A stretch of DNA of 64,000 nucleotides from Desulfomicrobium sp. GTDB taxonomy: Bacteria; Desulfobacterota; Desulfovibrionia; Desulfovibrionales; Desulfomicrobiaceae. The stretch covers positions 256,001 to 320,000 of the forward strand of contig JAXGMI010000002.1 of NCBI GenBank assembly GCA_040768745.1. Direction: 5' to 3'. Below the pieces are notes generated by a model, which saw only the letters and a list, made by a program, of their open reading frames with translations, was not told where the DNA came from and searched no databases. Position numbers and translations under genes: made by a program. Below, one piece after another: positions 39,173-48,806 of this stretch; within the stretch, counting starts at the first letter, position 1; the number at the start of each line of letters is the position of its first letter.

Positions 39173-39839
39173 TTCATTGGCCGAGGCCGTGGGGATCCTT
39201 GGCGGCTCGTTCAATCCTGTGCACAACGGCCATCTGCGCATGGCTATCGAGGTGCGGGAAACCCTCGGTCTCAAAAGGGTCGATTTGCTTCCGGCCAGGA
39301 TCCCTCCCCACAAAAGCAGCTCGGGGCTGCTTCCTTTTTCTTTGCGCCTGGACCTTGTGCGTGAAGCTGTCCAGGGCATCGATGGACTTGAGGTGTCGGA
39401 TCTGGAAGGCCAGATGCCTGTCCCCTCCTATTCGTATTTGACCTTGGTCCGTCTGGCCGAGTCGAATCCCGATATCCACTATGTCTTCATTCTGGGAGGG
39501 ACGGATCTGCTGACCTTGCCGGAATGGCACAGGGGATTGGAGATCCCGTTGATCACGGATATTGCCGTGGCGGGTCGGCTTGGTGTGGGCGCTGAAATGA
39601 TCGATGGCTTCTTAGACGCGCATTGGACCTGGATCAAGGAGGAGTCCTGTGCGCGTCAGGTCGTCGGAGGCAAGCGAGTCTTCTTTGTGTCCCTGCCCCG
39701 GCTTGACATCAGCGCAAGCCTTGTCCGAGACAGATTTCAACAGGGCAGGGACGTGGCCGGTCTGGTTCCCGAGGCGGTCCGGAGACGTATGCTCGCTGAG
39801 CCACGTATATTCAACGATTACTGGAGTTTATTGCCATAA
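39165..39839 (+). CDS. nadD: Nicotinate-nucleotide adenylyltransferase
   Basis: GGSFNPVHNGH, PPHK, ISASLVR. Follows proA. Confidence 0.95.
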   Translation: MPDSLAEAVGILGGSFNPVHNGHLRMAIEVRETLGLKRVDLLPARIPPHKSSSGLLPFSLRLDLVREAVQGIDGLEVSDLEGQMPVPSYSYLTLVRLAESNPDIHYVFILGGTDLLTLPEWHRGLEIPLITDIAVAGRLGVGAEMIDGFLDAHWTWIKEESCARQVVGGKRVFFVSLPRLDISASLVRDRFQQGRDVAGLVPEAVRRRMLAEPRIFNDYWSLLP

Positions 39840-39849
39840 TGGAGGGGAC

Positions 39850-40152
39850 ATGGTCGGACATATTGTTATGTGGAAGTTGAAGGACAGTGCAGAAGGGAAA
39901 AGCGCGACAGAGAACGCTGCCACCATGAAAAACATGCTCGACGCCCTACCGGGACTGATCCCTGAGATCAGCGCCTTGCATGTCAGCATGGATGTCTTCG
40001 CGTCCGCCCCAGAGGTGGACGTGGTACTGTTTACGTCCTTCGGTTCCGTTGAGGACCTGCAGACCTATCAGGTCCATCCGGAACATCAAAAATGTGTGGG
40101 ATTCATTTCCAAGGTAGTCGCAGAGAGAAGGGTCGTTGATTACCATTTTTGA
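39850..40152 (+). CDS. Dabb-family (stress-responsive A/B barrel) protein
   Basis: HIVMWKLK, YQVHPEH, VVDY. RBS GGAGG. Confidence 0.88.
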   Translation: MVGHIVMWKLKDSAEGKSATENAATMKNMLDALPGLIPEISALHVSMDVFASAPEVDVVLFTSFGSVEDLQTYQVHPEHQKCVGFISKVVAERRVVDYHF

Positions 40153-40160
40153 AACGAGAA

Positions 40161-40178
40161 AGGGGTGCCAAGCACCCC
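40161..40178 (+). repeat. Target-site duplication, left copy
   Basis: AGGGGTGCCAAGCACCCC, identical to 41792-41809. Confidence 0.92.
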
Positions 40179-41791
40179 CAGACTGCTGACAAAGTCACCT
40201 CAAAACCCTCGTCAAATGACGGGGGTTTTGTTATGAAAGCGGCATGTTACGCAGCACAGGACCCAAACAACTGAAGTACGAATTCGTCTGCATTGAGCGC
40301 TTGGTCCCCAAAGATCATCTCCTTCGTAAGATCACCAAGTTCATCGATTTCCGTTTCATCCACGACAAGGTCAAAGACCTGTACTGTCCGGACAACGGCC
40401 GGCCGGCTCTTGATCCGACAGTGCTCTTCAAGATGCTCTTTCTGGGGTATCTGTTCGGCATCCGCAGTGAGCGGAGGCTGATTGAGGAGATCAAGGTCAA
40501 TGTCGCCTACCGCTGGTTTTTGGGCTTCAGCCTGGAAGATAAGATTCCCGACGCCTCGACCATCAGCCAGAACCGCCGCCGTCGCTTCAACCAGAGCACG
40601 GTCTACCAGGAGATTTTCGACGAGATCGTGGTTCAGGCCATCCGCCGCAAGATGATCGACGGTCGCACCCTGTACACGGATTCGACCCACCTCAAAGCCA
40701 ACGCCAACAAGAACAAGTTTGTCGAGGCTCAAGTTGCCAAGAGCACGCGGGATTACATCGATGATCTGGAGCGGGACGTTGCCCAGGACCGGGCCGACCA
40801 CGGCAAGAAGGTGTTGAAAGAGAACGATCCGGAACCCGAAACCAAGACGGTCAAGCAGAGCACGACGGACCCGGAGTCTGGCTACATGCACCGGGACGGC
40901 AAGCCCAAGGGGTTCTTCTTTCTGGATCATCGCTCGGTGGACGGTCTTCATGGCCTGATCACGGATACGTACGTGACGCCAGGCAATGTGCATGACTCGA
41001 TACCGTATCTTGATCGTCTTGATCGACAGCGCGAACGATTTGGTTTTGAAGTGGAGGCGGTTGGCCTGGATGCTGGCTACGCGACGACAGGAATCTGCAA
41101 AGGGCTTGAGGAGAGAGGGATTTTTGGAGTGGTTGGCTACCGTCGTTTTGGAAAAAACACGGGCCGCTTCAGACGCAAGGATTTTTTCTACGACGACTCA
41201 GTGGATTGCTACGTCTGCCCTGCAAACTGCCTTTTGAGCTACCGAACCACCAACCGTGCGGGTTACCGGGAATACGCCTCGGATCCCAAGATTTGCAAAG
41301 CATGTCAGCTTCTTGAGAGATGCACGACCAGCAAGACATGCCGACGGGTCATAGCGCTCCACGTATGGGAAGACAGCCGGGAACGCATCGGCTCCAACCG
41401 CCTGACGGAGCGTGGCAAGGCCATCTATGCCCGACGCAAGGAAACGGTTGAACGCAGCTTTGCCGACTGCAAGGAACTGCATGGGCATCGTTACGCCCGG
41501 ATGCGTGGTCTCTCGAAGGTCTTGGAGCAATTCCTGCTGTGTGCGGCCGCGTTCAACATGAAAAAATCGCCCTGCACTTGTCAAGATTGGGACTCCGCAG
41601 GCCAGCGAGCCCGGCAGTTGCCATGGCCGGGATGATTCTGTCCTTTATTTACGGGATATTCCAATCACAAAAGCGCCAATACGCCCCAATTTGATCCCAG
41701 AAGGGCCTCCTGAACGATTTCGGGCAAAATACAAATCGTCAAAAAAACAAACCCTCGCCGAACGGTACGGCGAGGGTTTGTCAGTGGTCTG
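40179..41791 (+). mobile_element. IS1182-family insertion sequence (about 1.6 kb)
   Basis: Terminal IRs CAGACTGCTGACAAA and TTTGTCAGTGGTCTG, flanked by an 18-bp direct repeat, with one DDE transposase gene. Confidence 0.92.
40244..41635 (+). CDS. IS1182-family transposase (probable 1-nt loss near the C-terminus)
   Basis: LVPKDHLLR, GRPALDP, SERRL, DSTHLKANA, TTDPESG, DAGY, RKETVERSFA. Confidence 0.93.
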   Translation: MLRSTGPKQLKYEFVCIERLVPKDHLLRKITKFIDFRFIHDKVKDLYCPDNGRPALDPTVLFKMLFLGYLFGIRSERRLIEEIKVNVAYRWFLGFSLEDKIPDASTISQNRRRRFNQSTVYQEIFDEIVVQAIRRKMIDGRTLYTDSTHLKANANKNKFVEAQVAKSTRDYIDDLERDVAQDRADHGKKVLKENDPEPETKTVKQSTTDPESGYMHRDGKPKGFFFLDHRSVDGLHGLITDTYVTPGNVHDSIPYLDRLDRQRERFGFEVEAVGLDAGYATTGICKGLEERGIFGVVGYRRFGKNTGRFRRKDFFYDDSVDCYVCPANCLLSYRTTNRAGYREYASDPKICKACQLLERCTTSKTCRRVIALHVWEDSRERIGSNRLTERGKAIYARRKETVERSFADCKELHGHRYARMRGLSKVLEQFLLCAAAFNMKKSPCTCQDWDSAGQRARQLPWPG

Positions 41792-41809
41792 AGGGGTGCC
41801 AAGCACCCC
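41792..41809 (+). repeat. Target-site duplication, right copy (terminator hairpin)
   Basis: AGGGGTGCCAAGCACCCC followed by TTTCTG. Confidence 0.92.
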
Positions 41810-41816
41810 TTTCTGT

Positions 41817-42332
41817 CTAGCTGGCGAGCAGAGCCACCTTGACCTGCTTGACCCCGAACCGCTTGGCTTCATTCGTGTCCGGGACAAAGATATCCACCCG
41901 GGATGAATAGCGTTTGTGCATGAGATCCGCTATTTCGTAAATTCCGTGTCCTTTCACATAGACTTTCTTGCCGAATACCCAGCCCTGATCAAACAGATCT
42001 CTGCTGACAGCCACAATTCCGCTCCGGACCTTGGTCATGCTGGCTGTCGTGGTCGGATCCGGGTCACATTCTCCGTGTGTTGGGCTGTAGGCCGTTAACG
42101 TCACTTCCTTGATTCTTGCCTCGTGCAGGTCCGCGACCTGTCGTGCCAGTTGCTGCCGTTCCTCGCTCAACTTTTCGATCTGGACGGAGTGTTCCGTCTT
42201 CAGCTCCTCAATACGGGCGGTATAGTAGTCTTCCGCTGCCGTCCTGGCCGTGGTGTCGACCGCGAACCCTATCAGGGCGGCTATGAGGATGAAAAAAAGC
42301 GAGGTGACGACAAATGCGCCATGATTGCTCAT
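41817..42332 (-). CDS. 3D-domain (lytic transglycosylase-like) protein
   Basis: N-terminal TM, coiled coil, TAYSP, TAS, VAVSRD, RVDIF. Confidence 0.82.
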   Translation of the reverse strand: MSNHGAFVVTSLFFILIAALIGFAVDTTARTAAEDYYTARIEELKTEHSVQIEKLSEERQQLARQVADLHEARIKEVTLTAYSPTHGECDPDPTTTASMTKVRSGIVAVSRDLFDQGWVFGKKVYVKGHGIYEIADLMHKRYSSRVDIFVPDTNEAKRFGVKQVKVALLAS

Positions 42333-42743
42333 GCAAGTACCTCATATCTGTTTTGCGGTGGATGCTGCCGGCGAGAGGGGAATAGGCGAGTGCCGTGAAG
42401 AGAGGTCGGATGGGCCGGCCGCAGTTGGTAAAGGGGACATAACAATTTTGCCCTTTATCCGATGAAAAGGGATGATGCAACCCCTGGAACGACACAAAAA
42501 TGGGGTGCCCGGGGATGTCATGGCGCGGCGGAGAATCTGTGCTTTGAATAAAATAATCAGGTATGCCAGGAAACTAGAATATTTTTTTACCTTCTGCGTT
42601 AATGCGGAGTAGAAGTGCACGCCCATTGGGCGTGGTCGGTGGCACTTGGCTTTGCCGGACTGGTTTCTTGTGCAATAACGATAGGGAGTCGGGAACTGGT
42701 CAGAAATGCCTCGCCTTCTGACTTGGTTCATCTCTGCAATTTT

Positions 42744-43103
42744 TTACCCTCGCAGCAAAGACCTGACTTTGGCCATGAGTTCTGAACTGTCGTAAGACTT
42801 GACCACATAGGCGTCGGCGGCGATGGATTTGAGGTCAAAACGGAAGCTGTCGTAGGCGGTGCACAGTACGATGGGCAACGCGGCGTGCCTGCAACGGATC
42901 TCCTGTAAAATATCCAGACCGGATCGATTTTCCAGCTTGATGTCCAGAATGATTAAATCCGGCTTGTGTTCATCCAAAAGGGCCAGCACATCGCCGTCGC
43001 CGTTGGAGCAAGCCACATTGTAACCGAGCTGGCGCAACTCTTCGGCATAGAGCATGCGCACATGCTCTTCATCGTCAATGACCAGAATTGTCTTTTGGTC
43101 CAT
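42744..43103 (-). CDS. Single-domain response regulator
   Basis: ILVIDDE, IILDIKL, CTAY, VVKS. Confidence 0.9.
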   Translation of the reverse strand: MDQKTILVIDDEEHVRMLYAEELRQLGYNVACSNGDGDVLALLDEHKPDLIILDIKLENRSGLDILQEIRCRHAALPIVLCTAYDSFRFDLKSIAADAYVVKSYDSSELMAKVRSLLRG

Positions 43104-43289
43104 TTCATTCCCCCTGTTTGCGTTCACTCCATTCTTCTCCAAGAACACGACTGCCGCTCCTGACAGAAAACCTTTCGTATGGAGGAAAAACAGTGCGTCT
43201 CGTACTCAAAAAGTCTGTCGAATCCGCAGAAGGCCTTCCTTGACCGGCCCACACTGCGCGCTTTGCCCGATGTTTCCTGACAGGGCGGA

Positions 43290-43970
43290 TCAGAAAAAAT
43301 AATTCACTCCGAGGAAAGGTCCCACCGTATTCACGCCTTCATTGGGTTCGGATATGCCGGCCGAGGAGATGTGCACATACCGGCCTTCCAAGAAGATGGC
43401 CAGGTCATCCTGGAGAAAGTAGTTCACGCCCGCCGCAGCCTGTTCGTTGAATTGGAAGGCCCCGCCCAGGTCTGGGGAACGGATTTCCGTCAACGCGATT
43501 CCCGCACCGATATCGACATAGGGGACCCAACGCGTGCCAGTAGCGAAATGATAGCGCAGATGAGGCGTCAGGGCCAAAGTCCAATCCCATCCCGAATTGA
43601 CCTGTGGGCCAAGAAGTACTTCAAGACGCACTTCGAAATTTCCTCGATACCAGCTCTGAGCACCTACGGTGTCTCCAATCATGACACCATATGCCAGGGC
43701 GAGAGGCACAAGATCATGCTGATCCTCGCCTCCAAGGACGATAATTCCGTAGGTCACCCCCACACCCAGGCTCATGGTTTGGGTTCCGGAGAGGAATCCA
43801 TGGCCCGTTGTCCCCGACCAGATGCCGGGTTCTTCAGCACCTGGGGTGTCATGCGTCATGGGCATGGTCCTGGTCGGCAGGGACCCGCGTTCCTCTGCGC
43901 GCACGGAAAGCGGAAGGATCAATAAGAGACAACCCAGCCACATGGCTATGGATCGTACAACATTTTTCAT
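43290..43970 (-). CDS. PagL-like lipid A 3-O-deacylase / acyloxyacyl hydrolase (outer-membrane beta-barrel)
   Basis: Signal peptide, FQF, HISSAG..PNEGVN, terminal Phe. Confidence 0.82.
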   Translation of the reverse strand: MKNVVRSIAMWLGCLLLILPLSVRAEERGSLPTRTMPMTHDTPGAEEPGIWSGTTGHGFLSGTQTMSLGVGVTYGIIVLGGEDQHDLVPLALAYGVMIGDTVGAQSWYRGNFEVRLEVLLGPQVNSGWDWTLALTPHLRYHFATGTRWVPYVDIGAGIALTEIRSPDLGGAFQFNEQAAAGVNYFLQDDLAIFLEGRYVHISSAGISEPNEGVNTVGPFLGVNYFF

Positions 43971-44280
43971 TCACTGCCTCCTCATGACCACGACATCACA
44001 TCGCGACTGGCCCTGGTGGCCAGCCGAGACACCTGCTTGCTAAACATCCGTCCAGTAAATGGTCAAGAAGTTGTCATTAATTTCAACACAGCAGGCCGGG
44101 ACCACTCCAGGAATGTTGATGTGTTCTTGCAGCCATATGACTGGAAACGTTAATATTATTTATCGCTAGTGATATTTCGAGTGCATGTAAAACAGAGAGG
44201 CAGTCAGGGCCATACGAGATTCATACCTGGCCTGGCGACAGCCCGCAGCCCAGCAGCAGGACAATGGGCTGCTCCAGATT

Positions 44281-44487
44281 TTAGCGGCCCTGGTCATGCT
44301 GATTCTGGTGCTGTATGCACAGGGGTATGATTGCCCGTCGCAGTGTTTGCGGAAAAAAATCGCCCGGCCAGTGACTGGCAGGGCGATCAATTTGTCGCGT
44401 GGTCTCATTGACTGACATCATATCAATTGTGGAGAAGACCCTTTCCCGGAATCTTTTGGCGGTTTCCTGTTCGACTGTTCGGGACAT
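44281..44487 (-). CDS. Possible small hypothetical protein or gene relic coupled to lysA
   Basis: ATG overlaps the lysA stop (TGATG). No recognisable motif. Confidence 0.25.
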   Translation of the reverse strand: MSRTVEQETAKRFRERVFSTIDMMSVNETTRQIDRPASHWPGDFFPQTLRRAIIPLCIQHQNQHDQGR

Positions 44488-45758
44488 CAGTCGTCCAGTT
44501 CGTCGATGAGGGCCAGTCCTTCCTCTTCAAGCGCTACCAGGTCGTTGTAGGTCTCGCGCTTGCGAATCAGGACATGCTTGCTCCCCTGAACCATGATCTC
44601 CGCAGCCCTGGGTCTGGAATTGTACTGAGAGGACATGACAAACCCGTAAGCCCCCGCCGAGAAAGCGGCCAACAGGTCGCCCTGATCCACCCGGGGGATG
44701 GTCCGGTTCTTGGCCAGAAAGTCACCGGATTCGCAGATGGGGCCGACAATATCGACCGTCATTTCCCCGGTGCTTCCTTCGCGTACCGGCGCGATGCGAT
44801 GATATGAGCCATACAGCGACGGACGGACCAAATCGTTCATGGCCGCGTCCACGATGACGAAGAGCTTGTCCTCATTTTTCTTGAGATACTGCACCTGGGT
44901 GACCAGGATGCCCGTATTTCCGGCAATGACCCGGCCGGGTTCCAGGATGAGGGTCATATCGAGGTCTTTGAGCGATTCCGTCAGGGCCTGCCCCAGTTCG
45001 TCAGGGTGGGGTGGTTCCTCCTCATTGTAGGTGATGCCCAGTCCCCCACCCAGATCCAGATATTTAATGGCGATATCGCGTTCCCGCAGTTGGGCGTAGA
45101 AAATCTTCAATTTGTCCAGGGCTTCGAGGAAAGGGGAGAGCTTGGTAAGCTGAGAACCGATATGGCAGTCCATGCCAACGGGATCCACATTGGGCAGACT
45201 TTTGGCCAATGTATAGGCTTCCAGGGCCTCAGCCCGAGACAGGCCAAACTTGTTTTCCTTCAACCCTGTAGAAATGTAGGGATGGGTCTTGGGATCCACG
45301 TCCGGATTGATGCGCAGACTGATCCTGGCCACCTTGTGCAGGTCTCCTGCCACCGAGTTTATCCGCTGCAGCTCCTGGATCGACTCCACGTTGAACAAAA
45401 GGATGTCCGCCAGGAGGGCTTCCTGAATTTCAACCGTCTTTTTGCCTACGCCAGAATAGACAATTTTTTTGGGATCAACTCCGGCACGGAGGGCCCGGAA
45501 CAGTTCCCCCCCCGATACGATATCTGTGCCCGCCCCTGCCTGTGCCAGAATTTTGAGGACGCTCAGGTTGGAGTTGGCTTTGACCGAATAGCAGGTCATG
45601 TGGTCAATGCCCTGGAAAGCCGAATCAAACGCGTTGAGGTGACGTTTCAGTGTCGAGGCGGAATAGATGTACAGAGGAGTTCCGTGCTCCGCGGCCAGGT
45701 CCGCCACCGGGACATCTTCAGCATACAGCTGTCCGTTCTTATATGTGAAGTAATGCAT
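44487..45758 (-). CDS. lysA: Diaminopimelate decarboxylase
   Basis: YSVKAN, HIGSQ, DLGGG, EPGR, GPICESGD, GAYG..MSSQYNSRPR. Confidence 0.97.
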   Translation of the reverse strand: MHYFTYKNGQLYAEDVPVADLAAEHGTPLYIYSASTLKRHLNAFDSAFQGIDHMTCYSVKANSNLSVLKILAQAGAGTDIVSGGELFRALRAGVDPKKIVYSGVGKKTVEIQEALLADILLFNVESIQELQRINSVAGDLHKVARISLRINPDVDPKTHPYISTGLKENKFGLSRAEALEAYTLAKSLPNVDPVGMDCHIGSQLTKLSPFLEALDKLKIFYAQLRERDIAIKYLDLGGGLGITYNEEEPPHPDELGQALTESLKDLDMTLILEPGRVIAGNTGILVTQVQYLKKNEDKLFVIVDAAMNDLVRPSLYGSYHRIAPVREGSTGEMTVDIVGPICESGDFLAKNRTIPRVDQGDLLAAFSAGAYGFVMSSQYNSRPRAAEIMVQGSKHVLIRKRETYNDLVALEEEGLALIDELDD

Positions 45759-45774
45759 ATTCTCTCCTTCAGAA

Positions 45775-46188
45775 TCACTGTCCGGGGACGGCTATGGAGA
45801 TGATCTCGGAAATGGCCGGGGCAATGATGTGGTGGGTATTATCTGCTTTCACCCGGATCCGCAAATTCTCGGCCGGAAGCGGATCGCAGATGGTGAATAT
45901 GAAGCTGTTTTCTCGACGGTAGACCCCTTCTCCGAAGGGAAAAACCTTTTTCGAATAGGAGGGGGTGAAAGGACATGTCGGACAACCGTCCTGTTCGATT
46001 TCAATCATGAAATATTCCAGATTGACCAACCTACCTCCGAGCTTGGCGTTGATAAGCAGGCAACCCTGGTCCATGGCGGCTTCCAGGTGATGGATCAGGA
46101 TCATTTCATCGCTGACAATGGGCTGTGGCCACTCTTTTTTGCCGCATGCGACGAGGACGAGGAGTGCGAGAAGAAGAATTCGTTTCAT
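45775..46188 (-). CDS. Hypothetical lipoprotein with CxxC
   Basis: Lipobox LVAC, GCPTCP. ATGA overlap with mutS. Confidence 0.78.
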   Translation of the reverse strand: MKRILLLALLVLVACGKKEWPQPIVSDEMILIHHLEAAMDQGCLLINAKLGGRLVNLEYFMIEIEQDGCPTCPFTPSYSKKVFPFGEGVYRRENSFIFTICDPLPAENLRIRVKADNTHHIIAPAISEIISIAVPGQ

Positions 46189-48803
46189 GACTGTCCAGAC
46201 ATTGCCTTCCAGGTGTGGAGCAGAGTCAATGCCTCCAAAGGGGAAAGCGCGTTGACGTTCATTGCATGTAGGGCCGCCAGCACCGGATGTTCAGCCGGTT
46301 TTTCTGTGGTCAGCCTGTCCGTGGCAAGTCCTGGAAGTCCGATCTGACGGGTCAGGAGCTCGCGGCGTTGGCTGCCCCCCGGGGCATGTTTTTCAAGTGC
46401 GGTCAGGATTTCTTTGGCTCTGGACACCACTGAGGCCGGTACCCCGGCCAAGCGGGCCACTTCGATCCCGTAGCTGCGGTCCGCCGGACCCGGGACCAGT
46501 CGACGCAGAAAGACAATGTCTCCCTTCCATTCCTTGATGGCGATATTGAAATTGCGCACAGTGGGCAAGCTGTCTTCAAGCACCGTCAGTTCGTGGTAGT
46601 GGGTGGCAAACAGGGTGCGTATTCCTCCCTGTCGCTTGGCCAGTTCTTCGACCACGGCCCAAGCAAGGGACAGCCCGTCAAAAGTGCTTGTGCCCCGGCC
46701 TATTTCATCCAGGATGACCAGGGCGCGTTTTCCGGCCTGACGCAGGATCCTGGCGGTTTCGCTCATCTCGACCATGAAGGTCGATTGGCCCATGGCCAGG
46801 TTGTCTGAAGCTCCCACCCGGGAAAAAATCCGGTCGCACAGGCCAATCCGGGCCGAGGTCGCCGGAACAAACCCACCCATTTGCGCACAAATGCAGATGA
46901 TGGCCACCTGTCTCAATACTGTGGATTTGCCCGCCATGTTTGGTCCCGTGATGATGAGCACCCGGCCGCTGTTCTCAAGTGTCAGGTCGTTGGGTATGTA
47001 GTTTGCCCGACCCTGAGCCGCCTCTACCACAGGATGACGACCACCTTTGACGACGATATCGAGGCCTTCGTGCAGCTCAGGACGGCACCACTCCCATTTG
47101 CGGGCGGCATGGGCCATGCCCTGGGCAAAATCAAGCTCCGCCAGAATCCGGGCCATGGCCATGAACCGGTCCCTGTGCCCGGCCACTTCCTCGCGCAGGG
47201 AGAGAAACAGTTCGTATTCGCGGGCCTTGCGTTTTTCCGACGCACTGAGAAGTTTGTCCTCGAGGATTTTGAGCTCTTCGGTGATGTATCGTTCTGCGTT
47301 GACCAGGGTTTGACGCCGTATAAAGTGCGAAGGGGGAGGCGTAGCGTGGGTTCGGCTCAATTCAAAATAATAGCCGAAAACCCTGGTATAGCCGAGTTTA
47401 AGCTTGGGTAGCCCGCTGGTCTGGCGTTCTTGTTCCAGCATGAGGGTCAGGGCGGACTCGCCGTGGTCCGTCAACTCCATGAGTTCGTCCAGGGTTGCGT
47501 CATACCCCGGACGGAAGAGTCCTCCTTCGGTGATGACCGGTGGAAGGCTTTCGGCCAAGGCCCGCAAAAGCAACTCGTGCACATCGGCCAGGTTGTCCCA
47601 GTTCTGCAGCAGGTTTTGCAGCCTCGACGGCGGAGATCCAAGTCGGGTCAGTTCGCCGTAAAGCTTCGGAAGCACGGCCAAGGACGCACACATCGCCCCA
47701 AAATCCTTGGGAGTGGAACGGTTGACAACGATGCGCGTACACAACCGCTCCAGATCATAGACCTTGTCCAGGAATCGGCGCAGATTTTCACGCAACTGGT
47801 CCTGGGCATGAAAAAAATTTACCAGCTCCTGCACGGACAGGATTGTCCCCAAGTCTTTGAACGGCTGATGGAGGCGGGTTTCCAGCAGGCGGCCACCCAT
47901 GGGGGTCTGGGTCTGGTCCAGTACATGGATCAGGGTGCCCCGTCCTTTGGATCCGCCCATGGTTTGAAAAAGCTCAAGATTTCGTTCAGAGATCTCATCC
48001 AGCAGCAGGGTGGAAGAAAGATCCAAGGGGATGAAAGGGGCCAGATGGGAGAGACTCCGTTTCTGGGTCAGCTCCAGGTAGGTCAGAAGGGCACCGCAGC
48101 AACTGGTCAGCGCCGGCTTATCGTCCAGATCGAGGGCGGCCAGGGAGGGAACGCTTTGGGCGCGGAGGACTTTTTTCTCTGCCCCTTTCGCGTCAAAATA
48201 GGATTTCTGCGGATAGCGGGACAGCCTCGCCTGCCAGTGTTCGAGACCCTTGGGCAGAGGCTGGGATTCTGTCAGCAGGAGCTCGCGGGCATCCATCTTG
48301 ATCAGCCACTGCCAAAGCGCTGCTTCGTTCCTCGTCTGGATGCCGGACCAGGTCCCCGTGGAGAAATCAACCCAAGCCAAGCCGCCGCCCAAATCCGTAT
48401 CCCAGAAAAGGGCCGCCAGATAATTATGTCCTTTGGCCTGGAGGTTCATATCCTCCACAGCTGTTCCCGGGGTCAGTACCCTGGTTACCTCTCGGCGCAC
48501 CAATCCTTTGGCCTGTTTGGGGTCTTCCACCTGATCGCACAACGCCACCTTGTACCCCTTTTCCAGGAGCTGGCGCACATATTCATCAATGGCATGGTGA
48601 GGCATGCCGCACATAGGGACCGGATGACTTGCCCCGGGATTGCGGCTGGTCAGGGCTATCTGCAGTTCCCGTGCGGCAATCTCGGCATCGTCAAAAAAAA
48701 GTTCAAAAAAGTCGCCCATGCGGAAAAAAAGGAGCGCTCCCGGGTACTCCTCCTTGACCCGCAGATACTGCTCCATCATGGGCGTCAGTTTGACCGTTTT
48801 CAT
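46185..48803 (-). CDS. mutS: DNA mismatch repair protein MutS
   Basis: TPMMEQY, GDFFELF, GPNMAGKST, STFMVEM, DEIGRGTST, SYGIEVA. Confidence 0.98.
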   Translation of the reverse strand: MKTVKLTPMMEQYLRVKEEYPGALLFFRMGDFFELFFDDAEIAARELQIALTSRNPGASHPVPMCGMPHHAIDEYVRQLLEKGYKVALCDQVEDPKQAKGLVRREVTRVLTPGTAVEDMNLQAKGHNYLAALFWDTDLGGGLAWVDFSTGTWSGIQTRNEAALWQWLIKMDARELLLTESQPLPKGLEHWQARLSRYPQKSYFDAKGAEKKVLRAQSVPSLAALDLDDKPALTSCCGALLTYLELTQKRSLSHLAPFIPLDLSSTLLLDEISERNLELFQTMGGSKGRGTLIHVLDQTQTPMGGRLLETRLHQPFKDLGTILSVQELVNFFHAQDQLRENLRRFLDKVYDLERLCTRIVVNRSTPKDFGAMCASLAVLPKLYGELTRLGSPPSRLQNLLQNWDNLADVHELLLRALAESLPPVITEGGLFRPGYDATLDELMELTDHGESALTLMLEQERQTSGLPKLKLGYTRVFGYYFELSRTHATPPPSHFIRRQTLVNAERYITEELKILEDKLLSASEKRKAREYELFLSLREEVAGHRDRFMAMARILAELDFAQGMAHAARKWEWCRPELHEGLDIVVKGGRHPVVEAAQGRANYIPNDLTLENSGRVLIITGPNMAGKSTVLRQVAIICICAQMGGFVPATSARIGLCDRIFSRVGASDNLAMGQSTFMVEMSETARILRQAGKRALVILDEIGRGTSTFDGLSLAWAVVEELAKRQGGIRTLFATHYHELTVLEDSLPTVRNFNIAIKEWKGDIVFLRRLVPGPADRSYGIEVARLAGVPASVVSRAKEILTALEKHAPGGSQRRELLTRQIGLPGLATDRLTTEKPAEHPVLAALHAMNVNALSPLEALTLLHTWKAMSGQS

Positions 48804-48806
48804 TCG

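Noticed and set aside
42333..42743. c-di-GMP or c-di-AMP riboswitch upstream of the 3D-domain gene, and a sigma-54 promoter at about 42640
   Set aside because: Only isolated GGCAAA words are present, without the full consensus. The TGGCAC...TTGC spacing is 1 nt too long and faces away from the gene.
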